A DNA stretch of 64,000 nt from Eledone cirrhosa. Lineage: Eukaryota. Below, piece after piece: positions 27,027-42,000 of the stretch (its first letter is position 1; each line of letters begins with the position of its first letter). A model generated the notes under the pieces. That model saw nothing but the letters and a program-made list of their open reading frames with translations, made no database searches and was not told the origin of the DNA. The position numbers and the translations under genes were made by a program. The stretch is taken from assembly GCA_964016885.1 (NCBI GenBank), contig OZ024749.1:15748001-15812000 (forward strand), read 5' to 3'.

Positions 27027-30000
27027 AACCAGCTAACCCATACACCCAGCCATCCCCCAACCAGCTAACCCATACACCCAGCCCTCCCCCCAACCAGCTA
27101 ACCCATGCACCCAGCCCTCCACCCAACCAGCTAACCCATACACCCAGCCCGACACCCAACCAGCTAACCCATACACCCAGCCCTCCCCCCAACCAGCTAA
27201 CCCATGCACCCAGCCCTCCACCCAACCAGCTAACCCATACACCCAGCCCTCCACCCAACCAGCTAAGCCATACACCCAGCCATCCCCCAACCAGCTAACC
27301 CATTCACCCAGCCCTCCACCCAACCAGCTAACCCATACACCCAGCTCTCCCACCAACCAGCTAACCCATGCACCCAGCCCTCCACCCAACCAGCTAAGCC
27401 ATACACCCAGCCATCCCCCAACCAGCTAACCCATACACCCAGCCCTCCCCCCAACCAGCTAACCCATGCACCCAGCCCTCCACAAAACCAGCTAACCCAT
27501 ACACCCAGCCCTCCACCCAACCAGCTAAGCCATACACCTAGCCATCCCCCAACCAGCTAACCCATTCACCCAGCCCTCCACCCAACCAGCTAACCCATAC
27601 ACCCAGCCATCCACTCAACCAGCTAACCCATACACCCAACCATCCACTCAACCAGCTAACCCATGCACCCAGCCCTCCACCCAACCAGCTAACCCATGCA
27701 CCCAGCCATCCACCCAACCAGCTAACCCATGCACCCAGCCATCCCCCAACCATCTAACCCATGCACCCAGCCCTCCACCCAACCAGCTAACCCATGCACC
27801 CAGCCATCCACCCAACCAGCTAACCCATACACCCAGCCATCCACCCAACCAGCTAACCCATGCACCCAGCCCTCCACCCAACCAGCTAACCCATGCACCC
27901 AGCCATCCACCCAACCAGCTAACCCATGCACCCAGCCCTCCACCCAACCAGCTAACCCATGCAGCCAGCCATCCACCCAACCAGCTAACCCATACACCCA
28001 GCCATTCACCCAACCAGCTAACCCATGCACCCAGCCATCCACCCAACCAGCTAACCCATACACCCAGCCATCCACCCAACCAGCTAAGCCATACACCCAG
28101 CCATCCACCCAACCAGCTAACCCATACACCCAACCACACATTCAACCAGCTAACCCATACACCCAGCCATCCACCCAACCAGCTAAACAATGCACCCAGC
28201 CATCCACCCAACCAGCTAACCCATACACCCAGCCATCCACCCATCCAGCTAACCCATACACCCAACCACACATTCAACCAGCTAACCCATACACCCAGCC
28301 ATCCACCCAACCAGCTAAGCCATACACCCAGCCCTCCACCCAACCAGCCCAACCCATACACCCAACCACACATTCAACCAGCTAACCCATACACCCCGCC
28401 ATCCACCCAACCAGCTAACCCTAACCCAACCACACATTCAACCAGCTAACCCATACACCCAGCTATCCACCCAACCAGCTAGCCCATACACCCAGCCCTC
28501 CACCCAACCAGCTAACCCATGCACCCGCCCTCCACCCAACCAGCTAAGCCATACACCCAGCTATCCACCCAACCAGCTAACCCATACACCCAGCCCTCCA
28601 CCCAACCAGCTAACCCATACACCCAGCCATCCACTCAACCGGCTAACCCATGCACCCAGCCATCCACCCAATCAGCTAACCCATGCACCCAGCCCTCCAC
28701 CCAACCAACTAACCCATGCACCCAGCCATCCACCCAACCAGCTAACCCATACACCCAGCCATCCACCCAACCAGCTAACCCATGCACCCAGCCCTCCACC
28801 CAACCAGCTAACCCATGCACCCAGCCCTCCACCCAACCAGCTAACCCATGCACCCAGCCCTCCACCCAACCAGCTAACCCTTGCACCCAGCCATCCAACC
28901 AACCAGCTAACCCATGCACCCAGCCCTCCACCCAACCAGCTAACCCAGGCACCCAGCCCTCCACCCAACCAGCTAACCCATGCACCCAGCCCTCCACCCA
29001 ACCAGCTAACCCATGAACCCAGCCATCCACCCAACCAGCTAACCCATGCACCCAGCCATCCACCCAACCAGCTAAGCCATACACCCAGCCCTCCACCCAA
29101 CCAGCTAACCCATACACCCAGCCATCCACCCAACCAGCTAACCCATACACCCAGCCATCCACCCAACCAGCTAAGCCATACACCCAGCCCTCCACCCAAC
29201 CAGCTAACCCATACACCCAGCCATCCACCCAACCAGCTAAGCCATACACCCAGCCCTCCACCCAACCAGCTAACCCATACACCCAGCCATTCACCCAACC
29301 AGCTAACCCATGCACCCAGCCATTCACCCAACCAGCTAACCCATGCACCCAGCCATCCACCCAACCAGCTAACCCATACACCCAGCCATCCACCCAACCA
29401 CTAAGCCATACACCCAGCCCTCCACCCAACCAGCTAACCCATACACCCAGCCATCCACACAACCAGCTAAGCCATTCACCCAGCCATCCACCCAACCAGC
29501 TAACCCATGCACCCAGCCATCCACCCAACCAGCTAACCCATGCACCCAGCCCTCCACCCAACCAGCTAACCCATACACCCAGCCATCCACCCAACCAGCT
29601 AACCCATGCACCCAGCCATCCACCCAACCAGCTAACCCATGCACCCAGCCCTCCACCCAATCAGCTAACCCATACACCCAGCCATTCACCCAACCAGCTA
29701 ACCCATGCACCCAGCCCTCCACCCAACCAGCTAACCCATACACCCAGCCATCCACCCAACCAGCTATCCCATGCACCCAGCCATCCACCCAACCAGCTAA
29801 CCCATGCACCCAGCCATCCACCCAACCAGCTAACCCATGCACCCAGCCATCCACCCAACCAGCTAACCCATGCACCCAGCCATTCACCCAACCAGCAACC
29901 CATGCACCCAGCCCTCCACCCAACCAGCTAACCCATACACCCAGCCATCCACCCAACCAGCTAACCCATACACCCAGCCATCCACCCAACCAGCTAACCC

Positions 30001-33000
30001 ATGCACCCAGCCATCCACCCAACCAGCTAATCCATGCACCCAGCCATCCACCCAACCAGCTAACACATGCACCCAGCCATCCACCCAACCAGCTAACCCA
30101 TGCACCCAGCCATCCACCCAACCAGCTAACCCATGCACCCAGCCATCCACCCAACCAGCTAACCCATGCTCCCAGCCATCCACCCAACCAGCTAACCCAT
30201 GCACCCAGCCATCCACCCAACAAGCTAACCCATGCACCCAGCCATTCACCCAACCAGCAACCCATGCACCCAGCCCTCCACCCAACCAGCTAACCCATAC
30301 ACCCAGCCATCCACCCAACCAGCTAACCCATACACCCAGCCATCCACCCAACCAGCTAACCCATACACCCAGCAATCCACCCAACCAGCTAACCTATACA
30401 CCCAGCCATCCACCCAACCATCTATCCCATGCACCCAGCCATCCACCCAACCAGCTAACCCATGCACCCAGCCATTCACCCAACCAGCAACCCATGCACC
30501 CAGCCCTCCACCCAACCAGCTAACCCATACACCCAGCCATCCACCCAACCAGCTAACCCATACACCCAGCCATCCACCCAACCAGCTAACCCATGCACCC
30601 AGCCATTCACCCAACCAGCTAACCCATGCACCCAACCATCCACCCAACCAGCTAACCCATGAACCCAGCCACCCACCCAACCAGCTAACCCATGCACCCA
30701 GCCATCCACCCAACCAGCTAACCCATGCACCCAGTCATCCACCCAACCAGCTAACCCATACACCCAACCACAGATTCAACCAGCTAACCCATACACCCAA
30801 CCACACATTCAACCACCTAACCCATACACCCAGCCCTCCACCCAACCAGCTAACCCATGCACCCAGCCATCCACCCAACCAGCTAACCCATGCACCCAGC
30901 CATCCACCCAACCAGCTAACACATGCACCCAGCCATCCACCCAACTAGCTAACCCATACACCCAACCATCCACCCAACCAGCTAACCCATGCACCCAGCC
31001 ATCCACCCAACCAGCTAACCCATACACCCAACCACTCATTCAACCAGCTAACCCATACACCCAGCCATCCACCCAACCAGCTAACCCATACACCCAACCA
31101 CACATTCAACCAACTAACCCATGCACCCAACCATCCAGCCAACCAGCTAACCCATGCACCCAGCCCTCCACCCAACCAGCTAACACATACACCCAACCAC
31201 ACATTCAACCAGCTAACCCATGCACCCAGCCATCCACCCAACCAGCTAACCCATGCACCCAGCCCTCCACCCAACCAGCTAACCCATACACCCAACCACA
31301 CATTCAACCAGCTAACCCATACACCCAGCCATCCACCCAACCAGCTAACCCATACACCCAACCACACATTCAACCAGCTAACCCATGCACCCAGCCATCC
31401 ACCCAACCAGCTAACCCATACACCCAGCCATCTACCCAACCAGCTAACCCATACACCCAGCCCTCCACCCAACCACCTAACCCATACACCCAGCCATCCA
31501 CCCAACCACCTAACCCATACACCCAGCCATCCACCCAACCAGCTAACCCATACACCCAACCACACATTCAACCAGCTAACCCATGCACCCAGCCATCCCC
31601 CAACCAGCTAACCCATACACCCAGCCATCCACCCAACCAGCTAACCCATACACCCAGCCATCCACCCAACCAGCTAAAGCATACACCCAGCCATCCACCC
31701 AACTAGCTAACCCATACACCCAGCCATCCACCCAACCAGCTAACCCATACACCCAGCCATCCACCCAACCATCTAACCCATACACCCAACCACACATTCA
31801 ACCAGCTAACCCATACACCCAACCACAAATTCAACCAGCTAACCCATACACCCAGCCATCCACCCAACCAGCTAACCCTAACCCAACCACACATTCAACC
31901 AGCTAACCCATACAACCAGCCATCCACCCAACCTGCTAACCCATACACCCAGCCCTCCACCCAACCAGCTAACCCATACACCCAACCACACATTCAACCA
32001 GCTAACCCATACACCCAACCCTCCACCCAACCAGCTAACCCATACACCCAGCCATCCACCCAACCAGCTAACCCATACGCCCAGCCATCCACCCAACCAG
32101 CTAACCCATACACCCAACCCTCCAGCCAACCCATACACCCAACCACTCATTCAACCAGTTAACCCATACACCCAACCACACATTCAACCAGCTAACCCAT
32201 ATACCTAACCCTCCACCCAACCAGCTAACCCATACACCCAACCCTCCAGCCAACCCATACACCCAACCACACATTCAACCAGTTAACCCATACACCCAAC
32301 CACACATTCAACCAGCTAACCCATACACCCAGCCCTCCACCCAACCAGCTAACCCATACACCCAGCCATCCACCCAACCAGCTAACCCCTACACCCAGCC
32401 ATCCACCCAACCAGCTAACCCATGCACCCAGCCATCCACCCAACCAGCTAACCCATGCACCCAGCCATTCACCCAACCAGCTAACCCATGCACCCAACCA
32501 TCCACCCAACCAGCTAACCCATGAACCCAGCCACCCACCCAACCAGCTAACCCATGCACCCAGCCATCCACCCAACCAGCTAACCCATGCACCCAGCCAT
32601 CCACGCAACCAGCTAACCCATGCACCCAGCCATCCACCCAACCAGCTAACCCATACACCCAACCACAGATTCAACCAGCTAACCCATACACCCAACCACA
32701 CATTCAACCACCTAACCCATACACCCAGCCCTCCACCCAACCAGCTAACCCATGCACCCAGCCATCCACCCAACCAGCTAACCCATGCACCCAGCCATCC
32801 ACCCAACCAGCTAACCCATGCACCCAGCCATCCACCCAACTAGCTAACCCATACACCCAACCAGCTAACCCATGCACCCAGCCATCCACTCAACCAGCTA
32901 ACCCATAGACCCAACCACTCATTCAACCAGCTAACCATACACCCAGCCATCCACCCAACCAGCTAACCCATACACCCAACCACACATTCAACCAGCTAAC

Positions 33001-36000
33001 CCATGCACCCAGCCATCCAGCCAACCAGCTAACCCATGCACCCAGCCCTCCACCCAACCAGCTAACACATACACCCAACCACACATTCAACCAGCTAACC
33101 CATGCACCCAGCCATCCACCCAACCAGCTAACCCATGCACCCAGCCCTCCAGCTAACCAGCTAACCCATACACCGAACCACACATTCAACCAGCTAACCC
33201 ATGCACCCAGCCATCCACCCAACCAGCTAACCCATACACCCAGCCATCTACCCAACCAGCTAACCCATACACCCAGCCATCCACCCAACCAGCTAACCCA
33301 TGCACCCAGCCATCCACCCAACCAGCTAACCCATGCACCCAGCCTTCACCCAACCAGCAACCCATGCACCCAGCCCTCCACCCAACCAGCTAACCCATAC
33401 ACCCAACCACACATTCAACCAGCTAACCCATGCACCCAGCCATCCACCCAACCAGCTAACCCATACACCCAGCCATCTACCCAACCAGCTAACCCATACA
33501 CCCAGCCCTCCACCCAACCACCTAACTCATACACCCAGCCATCCACCCAACCACCTAACCCATACACCCAGCCATCCACCCAACCAGCTAACCCATACAC
33601 CCAACCACACATTCAACCAGCTAACCCATGCACCCAGCCATCCCCCAACCAGCTAACCCATACACCCAGCCATCCACCCAACCAGCTAACCCATACACCC
33701 AGCCATCCACCCAACCAGCTAAAGCATACACCCAGCCATCCACCCAACTAGCTAACCCATACATCCAGCCATCCACCCAACCAGCTAATCCATACACCCA
33801 ACCACACATTCAACCAGCTAACCCATACACCCAACCACACATTCAACCAGCTAACCCATACACCCAGCCATCCACCCAACCAGCTAACCCTAACCCAACC
33901 ACACATTCAACCAGCTAACCCATACAACCAGCCATCCACCCAACTTGCTAACCCATACACCCAGCCCTCCACCCAACCAGCTAACCCATACACCCAACCA
34001 CACATTCAACCAGCTAACCCATACACCCAACCCTCCACCCAACCAGCTAACCGATACACCCAGCCATCCACCCAACCAGCTAACCCATACACCCAGCCAT
34101 CCACCCAACCAGCTAACCCATACACCCAGCCATCCACCCAACCAGCTAACCCATGCACCCAGCCATTCACCCAACCAGCTAACCCATGCACCCAACCATC
34201 CACCCAACCAGCTAACCCATGAACCCAGCCACCCACCCAACCAGCTAACCCATGCACCCAGCCATCCACCCAACCAGCTAACCCATGCACCCAGTCATCC
34301 ACCCAACCAGCTAACCCATACACCCAACCACAGATTCAACCAGCTAACCCATACACCCAACCACACATTCAACCACCTAACCCATACACCCAGCCCTCCA
34401 CCCAACCAGCTAACCCATGCACCCAGCCATCCACCCAACCAGCTAACCCATGCACCCAGCCATCCACCCAACCAGCTAACACATGCACCCAGCCATCCAC
34501 CCAACTAGCTAACCCATACACCCAACCATCCACCCAACCAGCTAACCCATGCACCCAGCCATCCACCCAACCAGCTAACCCATACACCCAACCACTCATT
34601 CAACCAGCTAACCCATACACCCAGCCATCCACCCAACCAGCTAACCCATACACCCAACCACACATTCAACCAACTAACCCATGCACCCAACCATCCAGCC
34701 AACCAGCTAACCCATGCACCCAGCCCTCCACCCAACCAGCTAACACATACACCCAACCACACATTCAACCAGCTAACCCATGCACCCAGCCATCCACCCA
34801 ACCAGCTAACCCATGCACCCAGCCCTCCACCCAACCAGCTAACCCATACACCCAACCACACATTCAACCAGCTAACCCATACACCCAGCCATCCACCCAA
34901 CCAGCTAACCCATACACCCAACCACACATTCAACCAGCTAACCCATGCACCCAGCCATCCACCCAACCAGCTAACCCATACACCCAGCCATCTACCCAAC
35001 CAGCTAACCCATACACCCAGCCCTCCACCCAACCACCTAACCCATACACCCAGCCATCCACCCAACCACCTAACCCATACACCCAGCCATCCACCCAACC
35101 AGCTAACCCATACACCCAACCACACATTCAACCAGCTAACCCATGCACCCAGCCATCCCCCAACCAGCTAACCCATACACCCAGCCATCCACCCAACCAG
35201 CTAACCCATACACCCAGCCATCCACCCAACCAGCTAAAGCATACACCCAGCCATCCACCCAACTAGCTAACCCATACACCCAGCCATCCACCCAACCAGC
35301 TAACCCATACACCCAGCCATCCACCCAACCATCTAACCCATACACCCAACCACACATTCAACCAGCTAACCCATACACCCAACCACAAATTCAACCAGCT
35401 AACCCATACACCCAGCCATCCACCCAACCAGCTAACCCTAACCCAACCACACATTCAACCAGCTAACCCATACAACCAGCCATCCACCCAACCTGCTAAC
35501 CCATACACCCAGCCCTCCACCCAACCAGCTAACCCATACACCCAACCACACATTCAACCAGCTAACCCATACACCCAACCCTCCACCCAACCAGCTAACC
35601 CATACACCCAGCCATCCACCCAACCAGCTAACCCATACGCCCAGCCATCCACCCAACCAGCTAACCCATACACCCAACCCTCCAGCCAACCCATACACCC
35701 AACCACACATTCAACCAGTTAACCCATACACCCAACCACACATTCAACCAGCTAACCCATATACCTAACCCTCCACCCAACCAGCTAACCCATACACCCA
35801 ACCCTCCAGCCAACCCATACACCCAACCACACATTCAACCAGTTAACCCATACACCCAACCACACATTCAACCAGCTAACCCATACACCCAGCCCTCCAC
35901 CCAACCAGCTAACCCATACACCCAGCCATCCACCCAACCAGCTAACCCCTACACCCAGCCATCCACCCAACCAGCTAACCCATGCACCCAGCCATCCACC

Positions 36001-39000
36001 CAACCAGCTAACCCATGCACCCAGCCATTCACCCAACCAGCTAACCCATGCACCCAACCATCCACCCAACCAGCTAACCCATGAACCCAGCCACCCACCC
36101 AACCAGCTAACCCATGCACCCAGCCATCCACCCAACCAGCTAACCCATGCACCCAGCCATCCACGCAACCAGCTAACCCATGCACCCAGCCATCCACCCA
36201 ACCAGCTAACCCATACACCCAACCACAGATTCAACCAGCTAACCCATACACCCAACCACACATTCAACCACCTAACCCATACACCCAGCCCTCCACCCAA
36301 CCAGCTAACCCATGCACCCAGCCATCCACCCAACCAGCTAACCCATGCACCCAGCCATCCACCCAACCAGCTAACCCATGCACCCAGCCATCCACCCAAC
36401 TAGCTAACCCATACACCCAACCAGCTAACCCATGCACCCAGCCATCCACTCAACCAGCTAACCCATAGACCCAACCACTCATTCAACCAGCTAACCATAC
36501 ACCCAGCCATCCACCCAACCAGCTAACCCATACACCCAACCACACATTCAACCAGCTAACCCATGCACCCAGCCATCCAGCCAACCAGCTAACCCATGCA
36601 CCCAGCCCTCCACCCAACCAGCTAACACATACACCCAACCACACATTCAACCAGCTAACCCATGCACCCAGCCATCCACCCAACCAGCTAACCCATGCAC
36701 CCAGCCCTCCAGCTAACCAGCTAACCCATACACCGAACCACACATTCAACCAGCTAACCCATGCACCCAGCCATCCACCCAACCAGCTAACCCATACACC
36801 CAGCCATCTACCCAACCAGCTAACCCATACACCCAGCCATCCACCCAACCAGCTAACCCATGCACCCAGCCATCCACCCAACCAGCTAACCCATGCACCC
36901 AGCCTTCACCCAACCAGCAACCCATGCACCCAGCCCTCCACCCAACCAGCTAACCCATACACCCAACCACACATTCAACCAGCTAACCCATGCACCCAGC
37001 CATCCACCCAACCAGCTAACCCATACACCCAGCCATCTACCCAACCAGCTAACCCATACACCCAGCCCTCCACCCAACCACCTAACTCATACACCCAGCC
37101 ATCCACCCAACCACCTAACCCATACACCCAGCCATCCACCCAACCAGCTAACCCATACACCCAACCACACATTCAACCAGCTAACCCATGCACCCAGCCA
37201 TCCCCCAACCAGCTAACCCATACACCCAGCCATCCACCCAACCAGCTAACCCATACACCCAGCCATCCACCCAACCAGCTAAAGCATACACCCAGCCATC
37301 CACCCAACTAGCTAACCCATACATCCAGCCATCCACCCAACCAGCTAATCCATACACCCAACCACACATTCAACCAGCTAACCCATACACCCAACCACAC
37401 ATTCAACCAGCTAACCCATACACCCAGCCATCCACCCAACCAGCTAACCCTAACCCAACCACACATTCAACCAGCTAACCCATACAACCAGCCATCCACC
37501 CAACTTGCTAACCCATACACCCAGCCCTCCACCCAACCAGCTAACCCATACACCCAACCACACATTCAACCAGCTAACCCATACACCCAACCCTCCACCC
37601 AACCAGCTAACCGATACACCCAGCCATCCACCCAACCAGCTAACCCATACGCCCAGCCATCCACCCAACCAGCTAACCCATACACCCAACCCTCCAGCCA
37701 ACCCATACACCCAACCACACATTCAACCAGTTAACCCATACACCCAACCACACATTCAACCAGCTAACCCATACACCCAACCCTCCACCCAACCAGCTAA
37801 CCCATACACCCAACCCTCCACCCAACCAGCTAACCCATACACCCAACCCTCCAGCCAACCCATACACCCAACCACACATTCAACCAGCTAACATATCCAC
37901 TATACCATCTACCTATCCAGCTAACGCATACACCCAACCCTCCACCCAAACAGCTAACCCATACACCCAACCCTCCACCCAAACAGCTAACCCATGCACC
38001 CAGCCCTCCACCCAACCAGCTAACCCATACACCCAGCCATCCACCCAACCAGCTAACCCATGCACCCAGCCATCCACCCAACCAGCTAACCCATGCACCC
38101 AGCCATCCACCCAACCAGCTAACCCATGCACCCAGCCATCCACCCAACCAGCTAACCCATGCACCCTGCCATTCACCCAACCAGCAACCCATGCACCCAG
38201 CCCTCCACCCAACCAGCTAACCCATACACCCAGCCATCCACCCAACCAGCTAACCCATACACCCAGCCATCCACCCAACCAGCTAACCCATACACCCAGC
38301 CATCCACCCAACCAGCTAACCCATACACCCAGCCATCCACCCAACCAGCTATCCCATGCACCCAGCCATCCACCCAAACAGCTAACCCATGCACCCAGCC
38401 ATTCACCCAACCAGCAACCCATGCACCCAGCCCTCCACCCAACCAGCTAACCCATACACCCAGCCATCCACCCAACCAGCTAACCCATACACCCAGCCAT
38501 CCACCCAACCAGCTAACCCATGCACCCAGCCATCCACCCAACCAGCTAACCCATGCACCCAGCCATTCACCCAACCAGCTAACCCATGCACCCAACCATA
38601 CACCCAACCACACATTCAACCACCTAACCCATACACCCAGCCCTCCACCCAACCAGCTAACCCATGCACCCAGCCATCCACCCAACCAGCTAACCCATGC
38701 ACCAAGCCATCCACCCAACCAGCTAACCCATGCACCCAGCCATCCACCCAACTAGCTAACCCATACACCCAACCATCCACCCCATGCACCCAGCCATCCA
38801 CCCAACCAGCTAACCCATACACCCAACCACTCATTCAACCAGCTAACCCATACACCCAGCCATCCACCCAACCAGCTAACCCATACACCCAACCACACAT
38901 TCAACCAGCTAACCCATGCACCCAGCCATCCAGCCAACCAGCTAACCCATGCACCCAGCCCTCCACCCAACCAGCTAACACATACACCCAACCACACATT

Positions 39001-42000
39001 CAACCAGCTAACCCATGCACCCAGCCATCCACCCAACCAGCTAACCCATGCACCCAGCCCTCCACCCAACCAGCTAACCCATATACCCAACCACACATTC
39101 AACCAGCTAACCCATACACCCAGCCATCCACCCAACCAGCTAACCCATACACCCAACCACACATTCAACCAGCTAACCCATGCACCCAGCCATCCACCCA
39201 ACCAGCTAACCCATACACCCAGCCATCTACCCAACCAGCTAACCCATACACCCAGCCCTCCACCCAACCACCTAACCCATACACCCAGCCATCCACCCAA
39301 CCAGCTAACCCATACACCCAACCACACATTCAACCAGCTAACCCATGCACCCAGCCATCCCCCAACCAGCTAACCCATACACCCAGCCATCCACCCAACC
39401 AGCTAACCCATACACCCAGCCATCCACCCAACCAGCTAAAGCATACACCCAGCCATCCACCCAACTAGCTAACCCATACACCCAGCCATCCACCCAACCA
39501 GCTAACCCATACACCCAGCCATCCACCCAACCAGCTAACCCATACACCCAACCACACATTCAACCAGCTAACCCATACACCCAACCACACATTCAACCAG
39601 CTAACCCATACACCCAGCCATCCACCCAACCAGCTAACCCTAACCCAACCACACATTCAACCAGCTAACCCATACAACCAGCCATCCACCCAACCTGCTA
39701 ACCCATACACCCAGCCCTCCACCCAACCAGCTAACCCATACACCCAACCACACATTCAACCAGCTAACCCATACACCCAACCCTCCACCCAACCAGCTAA
39801 CCCATACACCCAGCCATCCACCCAACCAGCTAACCCATACGCCCAGCCATCCACCCAACCAGCTAACCCATACACCCAACCCTCCAGCCAACCCATACAC
39901 CCAACCACACATTCAACCAGTTAACCCATACACCCAACCACACATTCAACCAGCTAACCCATACACCCAACCCTCCACCCAACCAGCTAACCCATACACC
40001 CAACCCTCCACGCAACCAGCTAACCCATACACCCAACCCTCCACCCAACCAGCTAACCCATACACCCAACCCTCCAGCCAACCCATACACCCAACCACAC
40101 ATTCAACCAGCTAACATATCCACTATACCATCTACCTATCCAGCTAACGCATACACCCAACCCTCCACCCAAACAGCTAACCCATACACCCAACCCTCCA
40201 CCCAAACAGCTAACCCATACACCCAGCCCTCCACCCAACCAGCTAACCCATACACCCAACCCTCCACCCAACCAGCTAACCCATACACCCAACCCTCCAG
40301 CCAACCCATACACCCAACCACACATTCAACCAGTTAACCCATACACCCAACCACACATTCAACCAGCTAACCCATACACCCAGCCCTCCACCCAACCAGC
40401 TAACCCATACACCCAGCCATCCACCCAACCAGCTAACCCCTACACCCAGCCATCCACCCAACCAGCTAACCCATGCACCCAGCCATCCACCCAACCAGCT
40501 AACCCATGCACCCAGCCATTCACCCAACCAGCTAACCCATGCACCCAACCATCCACCCAACCAGCTAACCCATGAACCCAGCCACCCACCCAACCAGCTA
40601 ACCCATGCACCCAGCCATCCACCCAACCAGCTAACCCATGCACCCAGCCATCCACGCAACCAGCTAACCCATGCACCCAGCCATCCACCCAACCAGCTAA
40701 CCCATACACCCAACCACAGATTCAACCAGCTAACCCATACACCCAACCACACATTCAACCACCTAACCCATACACCCAGCCCTCCACCCAACCAGCTAAC
40801 CCATGCACCCAGCCATCCACCCAACCAGCTAACCCATGCACCCAGCCATCCACCCAACCAGCTAACCCATGCACCCAGCCATCCACCCAACTAGCTAACC
40901 CATACACCCAACCAGCTAACCCATGCACCCAGCCATCCACTCAACCAGCTAACCCATAGACCCAACCACTCATTCAACCAGCTAACCATACACCCAGCCA
41001 TCCACCCAACCAGCTAACCCATACACCCAACCACACATTCAACCAGCTAACCCATGCACCCAGCCATCCAGCCAACCAGCTAACCCATGCACCCAGCCCT
41101 CCACCCAACCAGCTAACACATACACCCAACCACACATTCAACCAGCTAACCCATACACCCAGCCATCCCCCAACCAGCTAACCCATACACCCAGCCCTCC
41201 CCCCAACCAGCTAACCCATGCACCCAGCCCTCCACCCAACCAGCTAACCCATACACCCAGCCCGACACCCAACCAGCTAACCCATACACCCAGCCCTCCC
41301 CCCAACCAGCTAACCCATGCACCCAGCCCTCCACCCAACCAGCTAACCCATACACCCAGCCCTCCACCCAACCAGCTAAGCCATACACCCAGCCATCCCC
41401 CAACCAGCTAACCCATTCACCCAGCCCTCCACCCAACCAGCTAACCCATACACCCAGCTCTCCCACCAACCAGCTAACCCATGCACCCAGCCCTCCACCC
41501 AACCAGCTAAGCCATACACCCAGCCATCCCCCAACCAGCTAACCCATACACCCAGCCCTCCCCCCAACCAGCTAACCCATGCACCCAGCCCTCCACAAAA
41601 CCAGCTAACCCATACACCCAGCCCTCCACCCAACCAGCTAAGCCATACACCTAGCCATCCCCCAACCAGCTAACCCATACACCCAGCCCTCCACCCAACC
41701 AGCTAACCCATACACCCAGCCATCCACTCAACCAGCTAACCCATACACCCAACCATCCACTCAACCAGCTAACCCATGCACCCAGCCCTCCACCCAACCA
41801 GCTAACCCATGCACCCAGCCATCCACCCAACCAGCTAACCCATGCACCCAGCCATCCCCCAACCATCTAACCCATGCACCCAGCCCTCCACCCAACCAGC
41901 TAACCCATGCACCCAGCCATCCACCCAACCAGCTAACCCATACACCCAGCCATCCACCCAACCAGCTAACCCATGCACCCAGCCCTCCACCCAACCAGCT

